From NCBI GenBank assembly GCA_047495785.1, contig JBLDXI010000019.1, forward strand, positions 1,054,001 through 1,118,000: DNA of 64,000 bases, in the 5' to 3' direction. The stretch is from Lepidodermella squamata (Eukaryota; Animalia; Gastrotricha). Below, in pieces: positions 38,113 to 50,853 of this stretch (its first letter is position 1; every line of letters begins with the position of its first letter). The translations under genes were made by a program, and so were the position numbers. The notes below the pieces were generated by a model, which saw nothing but the letters and a program-made list of their open reading frames with translations, searched no databases and was not told the DNA's origin.

Positions 38113-38970
38113 TAATAACCTCAGCCAATTTAAAAAAACCACGAGCAGTTGGAAAAACTATGGCGAAGAATGCACTGAGTAAAAAATCTCATCAGAGCAG
38201 GACAATAACTTATTCAAACTGCTCGCACTATAGCGTAATCGGCATAAAGCGTTGACCCTACTACCCTCACCCTCTGTCAGAAAGAGCTGATTCAATAGCC
38301 GTCAGAAGCCATTACAATACAATACAATGTGTTTTATTGCTGATTGCTGTTTACCCAGCTGAATTAATGATCAACTAACTAATAGTAATCGGTTATCATG
38401 TCCATCTCAGAGGAGACAATATTATAACAGCATGGGACGCAAAGAGACTACCTAATAATATGTACCCAGGAAGAAAGATAGCACATCACAATTTATACGA
38501 GCGAAATTATACAGAATTGATCATATAGTTGACTAGAATATCGGCATGATTATCAAGCAGCATTTTGAATAGATCCAAGTCATGAACGTTCATAAAGAGG
38601 CAAGTAGTTCGATATGGTAACTATTCTACAGCTAAAGAAAGATTTCCTAACAGCAGTAACAGTAGCCAACTCAGTTCACGAGGATGCAGTCAGCAGGATG
38701 GAAAGAATCCCCAACGCTAAAGAAATAAAACTGGTAGTAAAACTGCTCCTGTTTTTAATTGCGAATGTGACAATGCATTCTAGTGTTTCTTCATACTTCA
38801 GAGACAAACGTGTTTGCTTGGTGTTTCGGATAAAATTCTGATTTATACTCCCATTTTTGCTGCTTTGATTGTAATTTGTATTTGGCAAATATTCAAACAT
38901 CTGATTTTGAACAAGACAGAGGATAACAATAAGAAAAGAAACAAGACATGATTGATACCTAAAACCTAAT

Positions 38971-39186
38971 TTATTGGACAATTTTGTCTGTAAAATCGGA
39001 GGCAGATAAATCGACGCCACAGGCCACAGGTTTGCCACTCTCATCGATATTCGGGCCAGTGCCTAATAGCAAACGTTTGACGACTTTGCGCCAGGTCTTG
39101 AAGAAGTACTTATTTGAAGAATATTGATACTTTTTGCTCTCGAAGATGGTGCGTCGTGTTGCTCCAGGTCTCCCAAACCGATCCAT
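38971..39186 (-). CDS. Candidate small orphan ORF (71 aa)
   Basis: AAAATG start preceded by a ttctatag acceptor. Reads MDRFGRPGATRRTIFESKKY... No recognised family. Confidence 0.35.
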   Translation of the reverse strand: MDRFGRPGATRRTIFESKKYQYSSNKYFFKTWRKVVKRLLLGTGPNIDESGKPVACGVDLSASDFTDKIVQ

Positions 39187-39899
39187 TTTCCACCGTTGTT
39201 TTGTTTTTCGCGCTATAGAATATGTCAAGGTCAATGCGCAATTAATTTTGATAAATTATGTTAAATTGATGTGGACATTAGCATTATTAGAATAACTCTA
39301 AAATTATCAAAAATAAGTAATTCGAATTTTTCGCAAGGTTGAATGATCATTTTGCGCTATTCAAGTTTTGGCGTCGGTTTTGAACCGAGTCAACAAGTGG
39401 TTTGAGGAAAGGAACTTCATGTAATATACACTCGCGCATTGGATTGCCCGCCCTTCTAACCTTTTTACCCTGTAAATTCGAATTTGCAAATTTGGTATTA
39501 AAATGGCGATACTATTGGCTATATTTACAATGCATTTAAAATTCGATAATGCTTAGCTCCATCTGCGTGATCTACGCTATTGCGAAACAAAATGCATCCG
39601 GTTTAGCGGCTCCGATGATCTTGTACCGGTTCTCGTTGGATGTGTCTGATTTAGACACCCGACGTCTGAAAATTTAGTGGCTCTTAGATTAGCACCGGTT
39701 ACACCAAAGGTTTGCTCCCTCGTCCTTGCGGGAAATTGTTCACTGCTCACTGCTCAAAGCGACGCGTAATGTTTATTTTTGTGCAACATCGAAGATGAGT
39801 CTTTCTTTTATTGCTCCAAGTTGAAAGCAATTTTGTAGTTGATACCTATTATTGATTCTTTGTCTAAATATAGGTACGAAAGCAGCTGTGCCCTTTAAA

Positions 39900-41722
39900 A
39901 TGCACGGCAGGCTGTCAAAGTATGAGCTTACCTTTTATTTTTGTTACTGGGCGGCTCTCTTTGGAAAGATGGTTTATCACCTGTATCTATTCTGCCGAGG
40001 TATGAATTTTATTGCATCTGGAAGTTGGTATAGATTTTTCTTTATTTTCTGCAGAGATAGAACAGGACGAGAGATTTGCAGGTTGGGGACTGACTCGAGG
40101 CTTTTTTATGAATTACCAGTTTCGTGTATGTGTTTAACTTATCTGTTAAGCGTATGATATATTTGCGTTCGTTCCTTAGGAAAAACTCGACATTGATATT
40201 TCGGTTATGTTCGGCCATGGTCTATCCTATCTAGCTCTTGGGCTTGGCCATGCCATCTTACGGCACATAATTTTCAGGATCATAATTCGGCCGGGAGTGA
40301 AAAATCGTGAAGAAATATTTCTGATCTTTTGTATCATCTACGGCGTTCTGGCGATTAGCTATATAACCGGACGCTACTACGGCGCACTACATTTTTTTAT
40401 TGCCGTAGCCGATTGGTTTATTGTTCGGTGGTTGTTTGATATAATTCCGCTGACCAATAGACTTTCACCTCTTAGCCGAGCATGGATAATCGCTATCGCG
40501 CAAACGATAACTGTTCACCGCTCAATCTCGTATTTGGATCCATTCAAATATTCTGATTCATCTCAAACCGCATTTATCTGGGCTATTGGATGGTATCAGT
40601 TGAAGTTTATTAGCTTCACTGATTCTAATTCGAAATTTCAAACTGGTTTTCTTCATTACATGGCTTACATGTTTTACTATCCTGTAATTCATGCACCTTT
40701 CGTATCATATACTCGATTTCTGGTTCATAATGACTTGAAACATGCTGGCGACACCGGAAGTTTGACTTTCACTTCACTGAAAAAACCGTTCGCTGAAACT
40801 GTGAAGGTGTTTTTCAAAAAGCTTCTGATAGTGTCGTTGTGGATGCTTGCTCTTATTTTTGGAAATCATGCCTTCTTCCCAACTGGCTTGGCGTACTATC
40901 AACCAGCTTATCTTCAAGCTGACATTTGGACTCGAGCTGGCCATGCTTGGATTATGGGTCAATGGTTCCAGATTAAATACATGATTTTGTACGGAGCTCC
41001 TTGGATCATCACTTATTTGGATACGGGAGTGCCTTTACCCGAGTTGCCAATTTTCATCTCCAGAGTATATCGTTATTCTGTGATGTGGCGGAAATTCGAC
41101 ACCGGTCTGTATGAGTTCATGCGAGATCATTTATACGGCCCAACTTTGGCTACGATCGAAGCAACGATTGCCTGGTCAGGAGGTCAGACGTTTTTTCATC
41201 GTAGCGTTATCTTCCGCCGAATGTTCGCTCTTGCAATTACTTACGGCTTCGTTGGAATTTGGCATGGTTTAGGCAGTGGCTGCTTGATTTTTGCTGCAAT
41301 GAATTATATCTGCCTTATTGTTGAATTTACGGCTGCTGGTATAAGTGACTACTTCAAGCTAGCCAAGAGAATGGGTCCGCAATGGTATCGTCGATTTACC
41401 GCATTTTTCTGCTCATTCAGCGTGCAATGGTCCTGGATTTCGTTTTTCTTTTTCAGTAAGTTGAAAACCATAACATCACAATTTTCCTAAAATATTGCTT
41501 TAAATCATAGTGACCGACTGGGAAGAAGGTTGGTTCATCGTGGAAAATTTATTCTATCATGAGTTATGGAAGTATTCCATCGCCTTCGTTGGATTCTACT
41601 GTTGGGTTAATTTGTCAATGGAGCTAGAGATTCTACTGGACCAACCGCGAGAAAAGCCGGCTATCGAAAAGCCAGCACAATCAACCGACACTAAGCAACT
41701 GTCGTCGAAAAAGAAGAAATGA
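39900..41722 (+). CDS. HHAT: MBOAT protein-cysteine N-palmitoyltransferase, HHAT/Rasp-like
   Basis: YMAYMFYYP, GQWFQIKYMILYG, MWRKFDTGLYEF, FVGIWHG (catalytic His). Multi-exon. Confidence 0.85.
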
Positions 41723-42324
41723 CCTTAATACGTGATATTCACTCTTTACTCAACATTTTAGCGGGATTTCAGTTTTTATTGCGTTTTAGTTGTGCTAATC
41801 TCATTATGCACCAGCTTTAAGCTGATTTTACTCAGCCAATTTTTGTGCCCGAAGTATTCTTTCACATTATTCTGCTTTAAATTGTGCCTTATTTACTCAT
41901 TTTCAGTGACTGCAACGACATTTTTATTTATGAATTTTATTTATTTATTTATTTATGGTTGTTTATTTGAACGAATGACATTCCACCTCAGTTTCAGTGC
42001 CTTACTTGTGTTTGATTTTGTTCAGCTGCTGACGATGAGCCTTGAGATAACTGTCGATAACATGATATTTAACATGTAATTACACGGTATTTTTTAATAA
42101 AACAAAATGGTTTTGGGAAAAGAAGCCTAATAATGTGGTTTATTTCAAGTGCGTAACGCGAACACAGATAATGGACACCAAAGTAATTTGATTACAACTC
42201 GCAAACAAGTATTGGAGATCTGGCATTATCACAGATTAGCGCCGAATTAATAACACAAAACGCTGAATTTCGTGTTAGTTGAGTAATACTAGAGTTGCCG
42301 AGCCGAAATACAAAAATTGCAGTT

Positions 42325-43424
42325 TTAGCCAGGTTTCCATTTAATATCGCTTCGAATTCCTTGAAATTCTCGGCTAAGTTGCTTGCCATCAGCCCATTTC
42401 GTGTTTAAATAAGCATCCTCTTCATCTTGCGCCAGCTTCTTCATCTCCTCTTGTTTGCGGTGCCAGTGAAGCATCATTTGCTTTTGCTCGGCTTCGCTCA
42501 TTACAGGCTCACGGGCCGGTGCGCCTTGACCTTTCTGTAAATAAGTAAGGTATGAGTAAATAAGCCGCAGACTTGACAAATTAACCCACCTTAGCCAACT
42601 TGACAACAAGTTTCGTTTTGTCATTTTTACCACAAAAATCAGACAATTTCTTGCCGTTGCCTGGCTGAATTTCTTTACCAGCCCACCATAATGTGGACTG
42701 GGTATCGTCTAGAACATCTTGGGAGGCCTGCGTCCCGCCAAGATCCTCCTGGTTGTTCAGTTCAAGATGAACGGGGTCATGAGGCGGCAATCCCATTGGG
42801 TAAACAATCATGAGAAGACCTTTCAACATGTCCATAGCTTCCTTAACGACCGCATAAGTTAGCGGTTCGTTGGTATCGATTTTTTTCTGAAAACATCAAA
42901 ACAACTTATTGACGAAATATTCACACGTCTCATACCCACCTTTGTTACCAAGGCTTTAGCCTCGCCAGTAGTTTTCTTGATAAGATCTCTCATTTGCTGA
43001 TTTGGAGCTGAAAAATGAATTCATCAATCATACACAAAAAATTCAGGCGATTGTGTGAGAACATGCCTCGCCCATTCCGTCTCCCAATTTTGTCCTTATT
43101 TTCGACCCACCCTCCGCTCGGGACACATCGGTCCTCCCATTCATCCCTCAAGCGCAATTCTTGAATTTGTTCATCGGTCAGGCCCTGCATTTGAGGCGGC
43201 AATGTGATGCCATGCTCGCCTAGGTCCTCGAATTCTGTAATAAAAATGTAGTAACTCGATAGACTTTGTTATTTTCCGGACAAACCTGCACACAATCGGT
43301 CTATTTTGAGCCTTCCGTTGTAAATAATTACAAGCTCTCGAACAAGCGTCTCTACGTCGACGTCAATATGCGTATCAAAGAGAAACTGGTTCTCGTCACC
43401 TTTCTTAACATGCAGCCGGACCAT
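42325..43424 (-). CDS. CFAP298: Cilia- and flagella-associated protein 298 (C21orf59)
   Basis: MVRLHVKKGDENQFL, LPPQMQGLTDEQIQEL, IVYPMGLPPHDP, LWWAGKE, KGQGAPAREP, C-terminal IKWKPG. Confidence 0.92.
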
Positions 43425-43753
43425 TTCAAGTAGGCTATAATAATAGTCTAAAGAGTAAATGCGAAGGTATTAAACAACACAATAGTTCTTTTTTTTTACG
43501 GCAGAGACTGAACAACAAAACGTTAGTTACAAACAGTCGCCGAAACAGTATATGGGAAGAACAGCAAAATAGCATAGAGATTGGTTTGCATTTTTGCCAG
43601 AGAAAGAGTGCAGCGTGATGGTAGCGTAATAATAATAAATAATACAAAATAACAAGCGAAATTAATATTTTTAATACTAAATGCGCAATTTTAATCGTTC
43701 ACGAAAATTTGACCTAATAGAAAGAATGAATAATGAGACATGGTATAACGGCA

Positions 43754-45913
43754 TCATCGCTCATCGCCGTACAGTTTGCTAAGACCGCCGAAAAACACTA
43801 CAACGTTGTCGAGATCCGAGTCGAGTTTGCTGCTGACTGACTGGCAGAAAAATTCAGGCGCAGAGTAACGCATCGAGTATAAGTTGTCCAACATTTGCCC
43901 GTTATACCGCGCAAATCTCTCGGAATACGCGCCTAGGCCTATTTCCAGCAACCACTTTTGCACGTCTTCACATGTCATTTTGAGAACTTGACGGGAGTTG
44001 CGTTTAATCGGAACACGACTTGCTAATTCAGCTAATTCTATTCTAGCGTTTTGTTTCAATTTCGAAGAAGATTCCGGTGAAGCAACAGAATCGTCCGTGC
44101 TATCGTTTGAAATCCGTCTCGAAACATTTGACTTGATCGGCGGAAGTTTTTTCTTCTTCTTCATCAATAGCGGAGGAGTTTTGGGTGTTTTAATAGCCAA
44201 CTCTGATAGAAGAATTTCGTCACGTGATGGCGAGTCATCTTGAGGTAGATTTAACATGTCCACAGGGTGGTGATCCGGGCTTTCTCGAGGGCGGCTAGGT
44301 GCTAGAATAATTTCCTCCTCTTCCTCAGCTACGATGATAGGGGAGGGCGCCGATGGCTTTTGGTCACGCGGTAGCATTTTCCGAATATTCGGGTCATTGC
44401 ACTCCTCGGCGAAACGTCGCGCCCTAGCTAGGTCTCCGATTTTTTCGAGTAAAACTCGCATAGCTGACTTGTTGTCACCGAATTTTTTGTAAATAGCGAA
44501 AGCTTCTTCGTACAGGTCATGGCTTTCGGCCATATCAGCAACATCCGCGCCGTCATAGCCGCCCAGGCGCATAGCGTAGTCCATTACTCGACTGTCAGCG
44601 TTGCTGGAACCAGCCATTTTTATAGCAGTAAGAAGCAGCAAATTTTTCAGCGATCTACTATCCAATTTCAACTCAAGTAATAAATGTTCTAAAATGGCGA
44701 GCAAATCCGACGAAAGGCTTGCGCTCATCATCGATTTCACCAGACAGCTCAACGCATCTTGATCAGACTGCGGGCCATTAGCAATCGCGGAAACTTCGTC
44801 GATAAATAATTGATCGGTCGAAATGCCTGAGGTTAGCAAGCTAGACCAGATGTGCGAATTTTTGAGCCTCAGCGCATATTGAAATCGTTCTTTCAAACGC
44901 TCCTCAGCTTCGCACTGCTGGATTATCTCGCGATCTATGTTGAGATCTTGCAAAGACTCGACTATTTCGCGCTTATGAAAATTTTCGCCAAATAAATCGA
45001 CAACAAGTTTAGCGATTGTTGTTCGATCGACCTTCTCAACAGAGCTAAGGGCCTGAAGACATTGAACTGCATCGTTTAGCTTCAATTCTCGCAGGTAACT
45101 AAGAATCCAATCATAATCAGTTTCAAGCAGCTTTGATCCGAGGTCGGATCCGAATAGCCTCTTTTTATCACCAATCGATTGGTAATTTTTCAATGCGAGC
45201 TTAGGGTAGCCGTGTTTTTCGCACAATTGAGCGATTTTCTTTGCATCATAATGCGTAAATTTGTTAGATTCTAAAACTGAAACAGCATCTTCCGATTTGT
45301 ATGAGAAGCAGACCTCGAAAAACTTGGTTTGAAGAGCACCATCACTTTCCTTATCCGATTGGAGAATTTCTTTCAAAAATTCCACGCAATGCTCAAGCAG
45401 GTTAGACTTCACGAAAACGTCGACAATCGCCGTTGAGCTTACAACAAATTTGCCTTTTTCACTATTAATCGACGCTAGTTTGCTGGCAAGTTTAACACCC
45501 TGCTCGATAGTCTCGCCACTGAGAATTGACTGAAGCAGATACAAATAATCCTCCTCTTTATACCCGATGGACAGCGAATGGTGAACAATTTTATCGAACT
45601 GACCGGACTCGGCGTAGGTGCGAATAATTTTGTGGGGCGCCTGAGCTCGTAAATAAATTGCCAGAGCTAATTCGCCGTCAAACGGCCGAACAGCATCGCC
45701 CATCTCCTCGGTGCACGCCAGTTTCCCAGGTTCGCCCAGCCATCGTCGCACTAAATCATTTTGGCCTTTTTGTAGGGCTAAAACACAGGCATCGATCGAT
45801 TCGCGAGTATTCAATGGATCAGTTCTCTAAAACAAAGCATAAAATCAGCAATCAATTCATGGCTGAATAATTAATCAGTTCACCTCCAGTAGATATTCGA
45901 AATTTGTCGGCAT
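43754..45913 (-). CDS. Chimeric clathrin-heavy-chain-repeat plus SAM-like protein (~700 aa)
   Basis: Exon 45913-45884, intron 45883-45827. CHC motifs CTEEMGDAV..LALAIYLRA, FTHYDAKKIAQLCEK, LKNLLLLTAIK, LYEEAFAIYKKF, IGDLARARRFAEECN. C-terminal SAM-like domain paralogous to that of the neighbouring gene. Confidence 0.85.
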
Positions 45914-46382
45914 GGCTATGGTTTATGTTTGCACCATTGGCAACAGCAATAATTTCGGAGCATAGTTTCAATAAAAGCTCCTAAAAATAAACAAAATATT
46001 CAACAAACTTCAATTTTTTATTCAAGCTTTGCATGCCCAAACACAACAGCTAGAAAACGGTTAACAACAGGCATATTTAAAAATAAAAAAATGTATATCA
46101 CAGTATTACGAAAAAATCAAACTCGATCACAAAAATATAACCATACAAATCTGGCAAGCCCTTGTCAATATATCGCAGGAGATATGAGTATGTTTTGCTG
46201 AATATTTCGTGCATAGTTTTTTCAGTTTTCAGTTATAACAGGCGTCAAGTTAATTTAAGAAACTACAACGCTTGCATCTGTTCACTAAAGGGAAGAACCG
46301 ACATTGACAAGGGCAAAAATTATTATCAAAATAATTTCTCAAGCCTATAGCTAGAATTCGTCTCGAATCATTAAATCATTGG

Positions 46383-49300
46383 CTAATTGTCATAAAGCTT
46401 GTTGAGTGCGGTAAAAAATAAAATAACGTTGTCAAGATCACCGTCCAGTTTGGCACTCAGCGACTGGCAAACAAATTCCGGAGCTGAATGATGCAGAACA
46501 TAAAGGTTATCAACCATTTGACCGTCGTAACGTGAGAAGCGTTCGGTAAAATCACTTAAGCCAATGTCACTGATCCATCGCTGAACGTCGTCACGGTTCA
46601 TCGCAAGCACGCGCGTACTGCGCCGTGGTAGTTTTACGTTCGAACTATCGGGCGCTTTCGCAGGCTGTGAATTATCGCGCTTGGGCCGGCGTTTCAGCAG
46701 TACCCTGTCCGTGCTTCTCACCTCTTGGCTGCCGAGGCCCATTAACCGCATCAATCTTTTCATGCCCTCTTCAAAGCTGTAACGCCGTCCTGAGACATCA
46801 ACTGTGTCCCTCGAGCCTAATAGAGCAGATATCCAACTCGTGAAATTAAGATGGAAATCCATTCTCAAGTAAATCGTCGGCCGGCGAATGTGATTAGCTA
46901 ACTCAGCTTCGGTTCGGCATCGGGGGTCGATTTTATAACGCTCGGAGCAGCAAATCAACACGATATTAGAAGATTCAATTGCGGCTACCGAAGCGGAGAG
47001 AGGCAGCGAATCAGGACCAGCTGCAGGATCGGGCTGAACCATGAAACCGCATGCGCGAAGTTTTTTCGCAATTTTTCCAACCGTTTCCGAGGAAGTGCTA
47101 GCGTAACTAATATAAACTTGACCGCCGGGAGGATTGCCACCTGAAATGGATTAAGCGTTAAATTCACGAAGGAAGAAAAATCAACACAGGCAAAAGTTCA
47201 AAGTTTCAGCTTGAAAAATTGAATTTGAAGCAACACGAGAAAACAACCCAATGGGAACAAGTTCAAAGATTTAGTCAACTCAATAACCTGAATTAAACTC
47301 CGTCAAGAAAAATCCTATCGTTACGCAAATTCATGCACATTAAAAGCATGCAAACGCTTTTTACTCAAAAATTACCCGTATGATTGTGCATAGCTGATTT
47401 TGAGCCGTTGTAGTCGCGATTCTCCAGCAGCCATATCAGCGATTGGCAGTTGAACCTCACAGATGCATTCGAGCTCCGTTCACCCAACTTTCGAATGACA
47501 GTAACGGCATCCTCCATTGCAACTAGCTCCTTTAAAGCCGTCGCAGCAGCTCCGAAGTTGGAGCCAGCAATCAAGGACCACAGAGCATGAGCAGCCATTG
47601 CCTGCTCAGCGTGTGAATGCGAGCTGAGAAAGGAGGCGAAAAGATTGAGTACACCCAGTTTAACTAGCTCGTTTTTGTGTCCGTCGTGCATCGCTAATCG
47701 CGCGAGAGTCCTCAGAAGTTCGAGGGCATCAAGATTAACACCTTGTTGACTGGGTTGGCCATCAGTGAAAATGTTTCCTTCGTTTGTTGAATCGGCTTCT
47801 CGAGGCGATTGCGATATGCTATCAGCTGCAGATCTTGAGGTCGAAAGTCCATCGTCGGGGTTATGGCGATGCCTCTTCTTCTTCGAGTGGATATTCCTTG
47901 AAAATTCTTGCAGTGCTTCGATCAAATATCTCACTGAGCCGGTTTCATCAAGAATTCGCATCGGATCGTGGTCGAACAATATGTTTGCCATCGTCATTGT
48001 TGCCATCAGACGCATGGCATTGCTAGGCGAGGAGGCGAGGAGCGTTCGCAGAATTTTCGGCACTTTAACTTTGTCGAAATGATGATCTGTTTCTGGAACG
48101 CAACTCATGCTATATAACGTGGCCACGCAAAGAACGACGAGATCGTTCACATTCTAAAAAGATACAGCAGGTGATCAGGTTACGATGTCAAAATAAAGCG
48201 ATTTACCTTGCTTGGACCGGTCATACTCATCGCAGGCTTGTGTTGCAAATTGAACAATAACACGGGAATAGCACCAGCATCAGCCAGCTCGCGAGCAAAA
48301 ACGATGTGTTTGTGCGAATAATCGGACATAATGACGAGGATACCCGATGTAACCGCCCAAGTAAGGTCTGTCATGAAAACATTCGAACTGGTCAACTTCT
48401 TCAGCATATTCACTAGGATTTCGGCACTCTTTTCCTCGACCATAATTGTACCGATTTCTGACGACAATTGACGAGTTGCGGAGAACACCAACATGTAAAC
48501 CGCTTGGTGAGCTTCAAGGCTGTCGTAATGCCGGAGATATCGCAACTTCTTGATAGCATTTCGTATGGTTTGTAAATACAATCCCTTGTTTCGCTCGTTT
48601 TGTTGAACTGCGCGATATAAAAATTATATGTGCTATCGTATACATATCACGTGGAAACTTACTATTATGAATAGCCTCGATTGAATCGCTCAATTTGTTC
48701 GAATTTAGCTGAGGCAAATTCTGTTGATTTCGATCGTTCGTGAAGTAGTAATTCGCGTATTTCTTAGTAATCAATCCCTGTCGCTGTGCATTCAATGGAG
48801 GTAGCCTCTCATCCAAAGGTTGCCTAGGCGTAAAGGCAGGTTCGGGCGCTCTCAGAGGTTTCAAATGAGGCTGTTGCTGAGATGGATAGCTAATTGGCTC
48901 GTAACCCTTAGGCCTAGATTTTGTGTCAAATTGCTGAGCGGTGGTGTAAGTTGGGCCTTGCTTGGTTCGTTGAGTTTTTTGTGGCTTTCTCTGGTTCTCA
49001 TCGTGGGGCCCGTTGTCTTCGGGAATCAATTCTTCGTCCCATCCTTGACCTGGTGGCGGTAAGAATTTCGATTCATTGCCCAAAGCAATCTCCTCTTCAA
49101 TGTCTTTATCTTTGCGCTTGCGGTGTTTGTGCTTGGCAGGTCCGCTGAATTCAGGAGGTGTAGCCACATTATCTGCATTGGATTCTCGAGAATGAGGTAC
49201 TGAGCCTTCACCAAGGACTTGCTTAGGTTGAGGCCGAACCGGATGAGTGAAAGGTTCATGGTCAGGGTCCAACGCCGACGTTGTTCGCTTATTTTTTGTG

Positions 49301-50103
49301 GCCTCATCCCGAGCTGGAGATGACTTCCGAGATTTGCTAGGCTTCGATGCCTTTTCTGACTCCTTGCTACTAACTTTGGGGTGGCTCTCCTTTGGTTCCT
49401 CGACCTGGGCCTCAGAGCGTACCGATTTCTCAGGAGAGCGTGATTTTGACTTTTCCTTCGGAGCTACGTCACCATTTAGAGACGATACGTCGGAGTGATC
49501 TCCTCTGCTCCGCCCTCCAGATTTTTTAGAATCGCCGGCTTCGCCATGAGCGTGATCCTTCTTAGACTCCTTATCGTCCGCATTGCTTTTTGAATGTGAT
49601 TCAATCACGATTTCTTCCGCATTTCCAGTGTCGTTTTGTTCTTCCTTGGATTTCTCATCTCTTGGGGAATGCCCTTCTTTATGCCTCGGACTATGCGGAG
49701 GGCTGACCACTTCATCGTCGTTAATCACCTGCGTGCCATCACGAGAAGAACGCTCATCTTTGTGATGACTCTTGTCGTCTTCTCCATCCTTCTCACCATC
49801 CTTCTCACCTTCGTCCCCGCTACCCTTCTTGCTGCTTCCACTGCTACTGCTGCTACTGCTGCTACTACTCTTGCTCTTACTCCTCCGCCCACTTTTCTCG
49901 TCGTTTGATTTCTTGCTCTTTTTACTTGACTTGCTTTGCGCGCTGTTGCCGTGTTTCTCAACAGTAGCAGGAGATTCAGGGTCATGACGCGATATCTCAT
50001 CCATTTGAACATCACCGGTATCACGACCTTCAGCGTCCGGGGAAGGCGAAGCCTTGCTGCGATGTTTCACTTCATGTGAGCCATCGGGAGCTTCCGATTC
50101 CAT
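46383..50103 (-). CDS. ARM-TIR-SAM protein (copy 2) with long disordered N-terminus
   Basis: Introns 48662-48608, 48206-48154 and 47375-47141. TIR VYISYAS...CSERYKIDPRCRTEAEL; SAM-like MNRDDVQRWISDIGL..YDGQM. Confidence 0.85.
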
Positions 50104-50853
50104 AAGTAGTGTTTCTCAAAACAAACAGACTACATGTAACTATTCTAGAATCAGAAAACATTATAGAGCAATAATCAAGGCGTGGTTTAGCTGAGATACA
50201 GTTTAGTTTAGTTTAGTTTAGTTTTATTTTGCTCCATAGCTCCATATAGTGGAAAAGGCTGGCTATTAAACGTTGAGTGAGCCGCAAAATTGGCCTAAAA
50301 ACTAAAGATTAAGGATCTGTATGTGAGCCGACTCGATTGATACCGAGCCGCGCCACGAGAGGAAAAGTAAAGTTAACTTTAGACCAAAGCAGGATAAAGA
50401 AGGGATACCGTTGCTAAGAATGCACGCGTCGCTATGAAAAATCAAATTAATAAAAAATGTATTTTCTCAAATTAATATTGGTTATTGAAATATGTCATAT
50501 TAATCTGTCGACGCGAATTGATTCGGATGTAAATTTATTGATTTTTCTGATTAGAGAAAAAGAAGGCGAACAAAAAAGTTCGTCGACTGAGAATAAGCTG
50601 GCTTAAAGGGGTGCTAAGCAGAAACCTACTACCCACCTGTATGCTAACTGCCATATAAACAATTTTACAGTGACTTATGTTGGATGGATATGTCGGGGCA
50701 TCAGTTTAATTATTATGTTGCTGATCATGACTCACGACCCTTCGCTTGCTGAATGTTGAACCTGACCCTTTGCTCTGCTCAATAGCGCAATAGTCATTTT
50801 TTCACTATTCTCGCAACTAGTAACATTCTTCCTTCGTATTTTGTTGTAGAAAA

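Noticed and set aside
43754-45913. Canonical clathrin heavy chain gene, or an alternative last exon of the upstream TIR gene
   Set aside because: It lacks the terminal domain, proximal leg and trimerisation domain. It has its own ATG with an in-frame stop upstream, and the TIR gene has its own stop at 46383.
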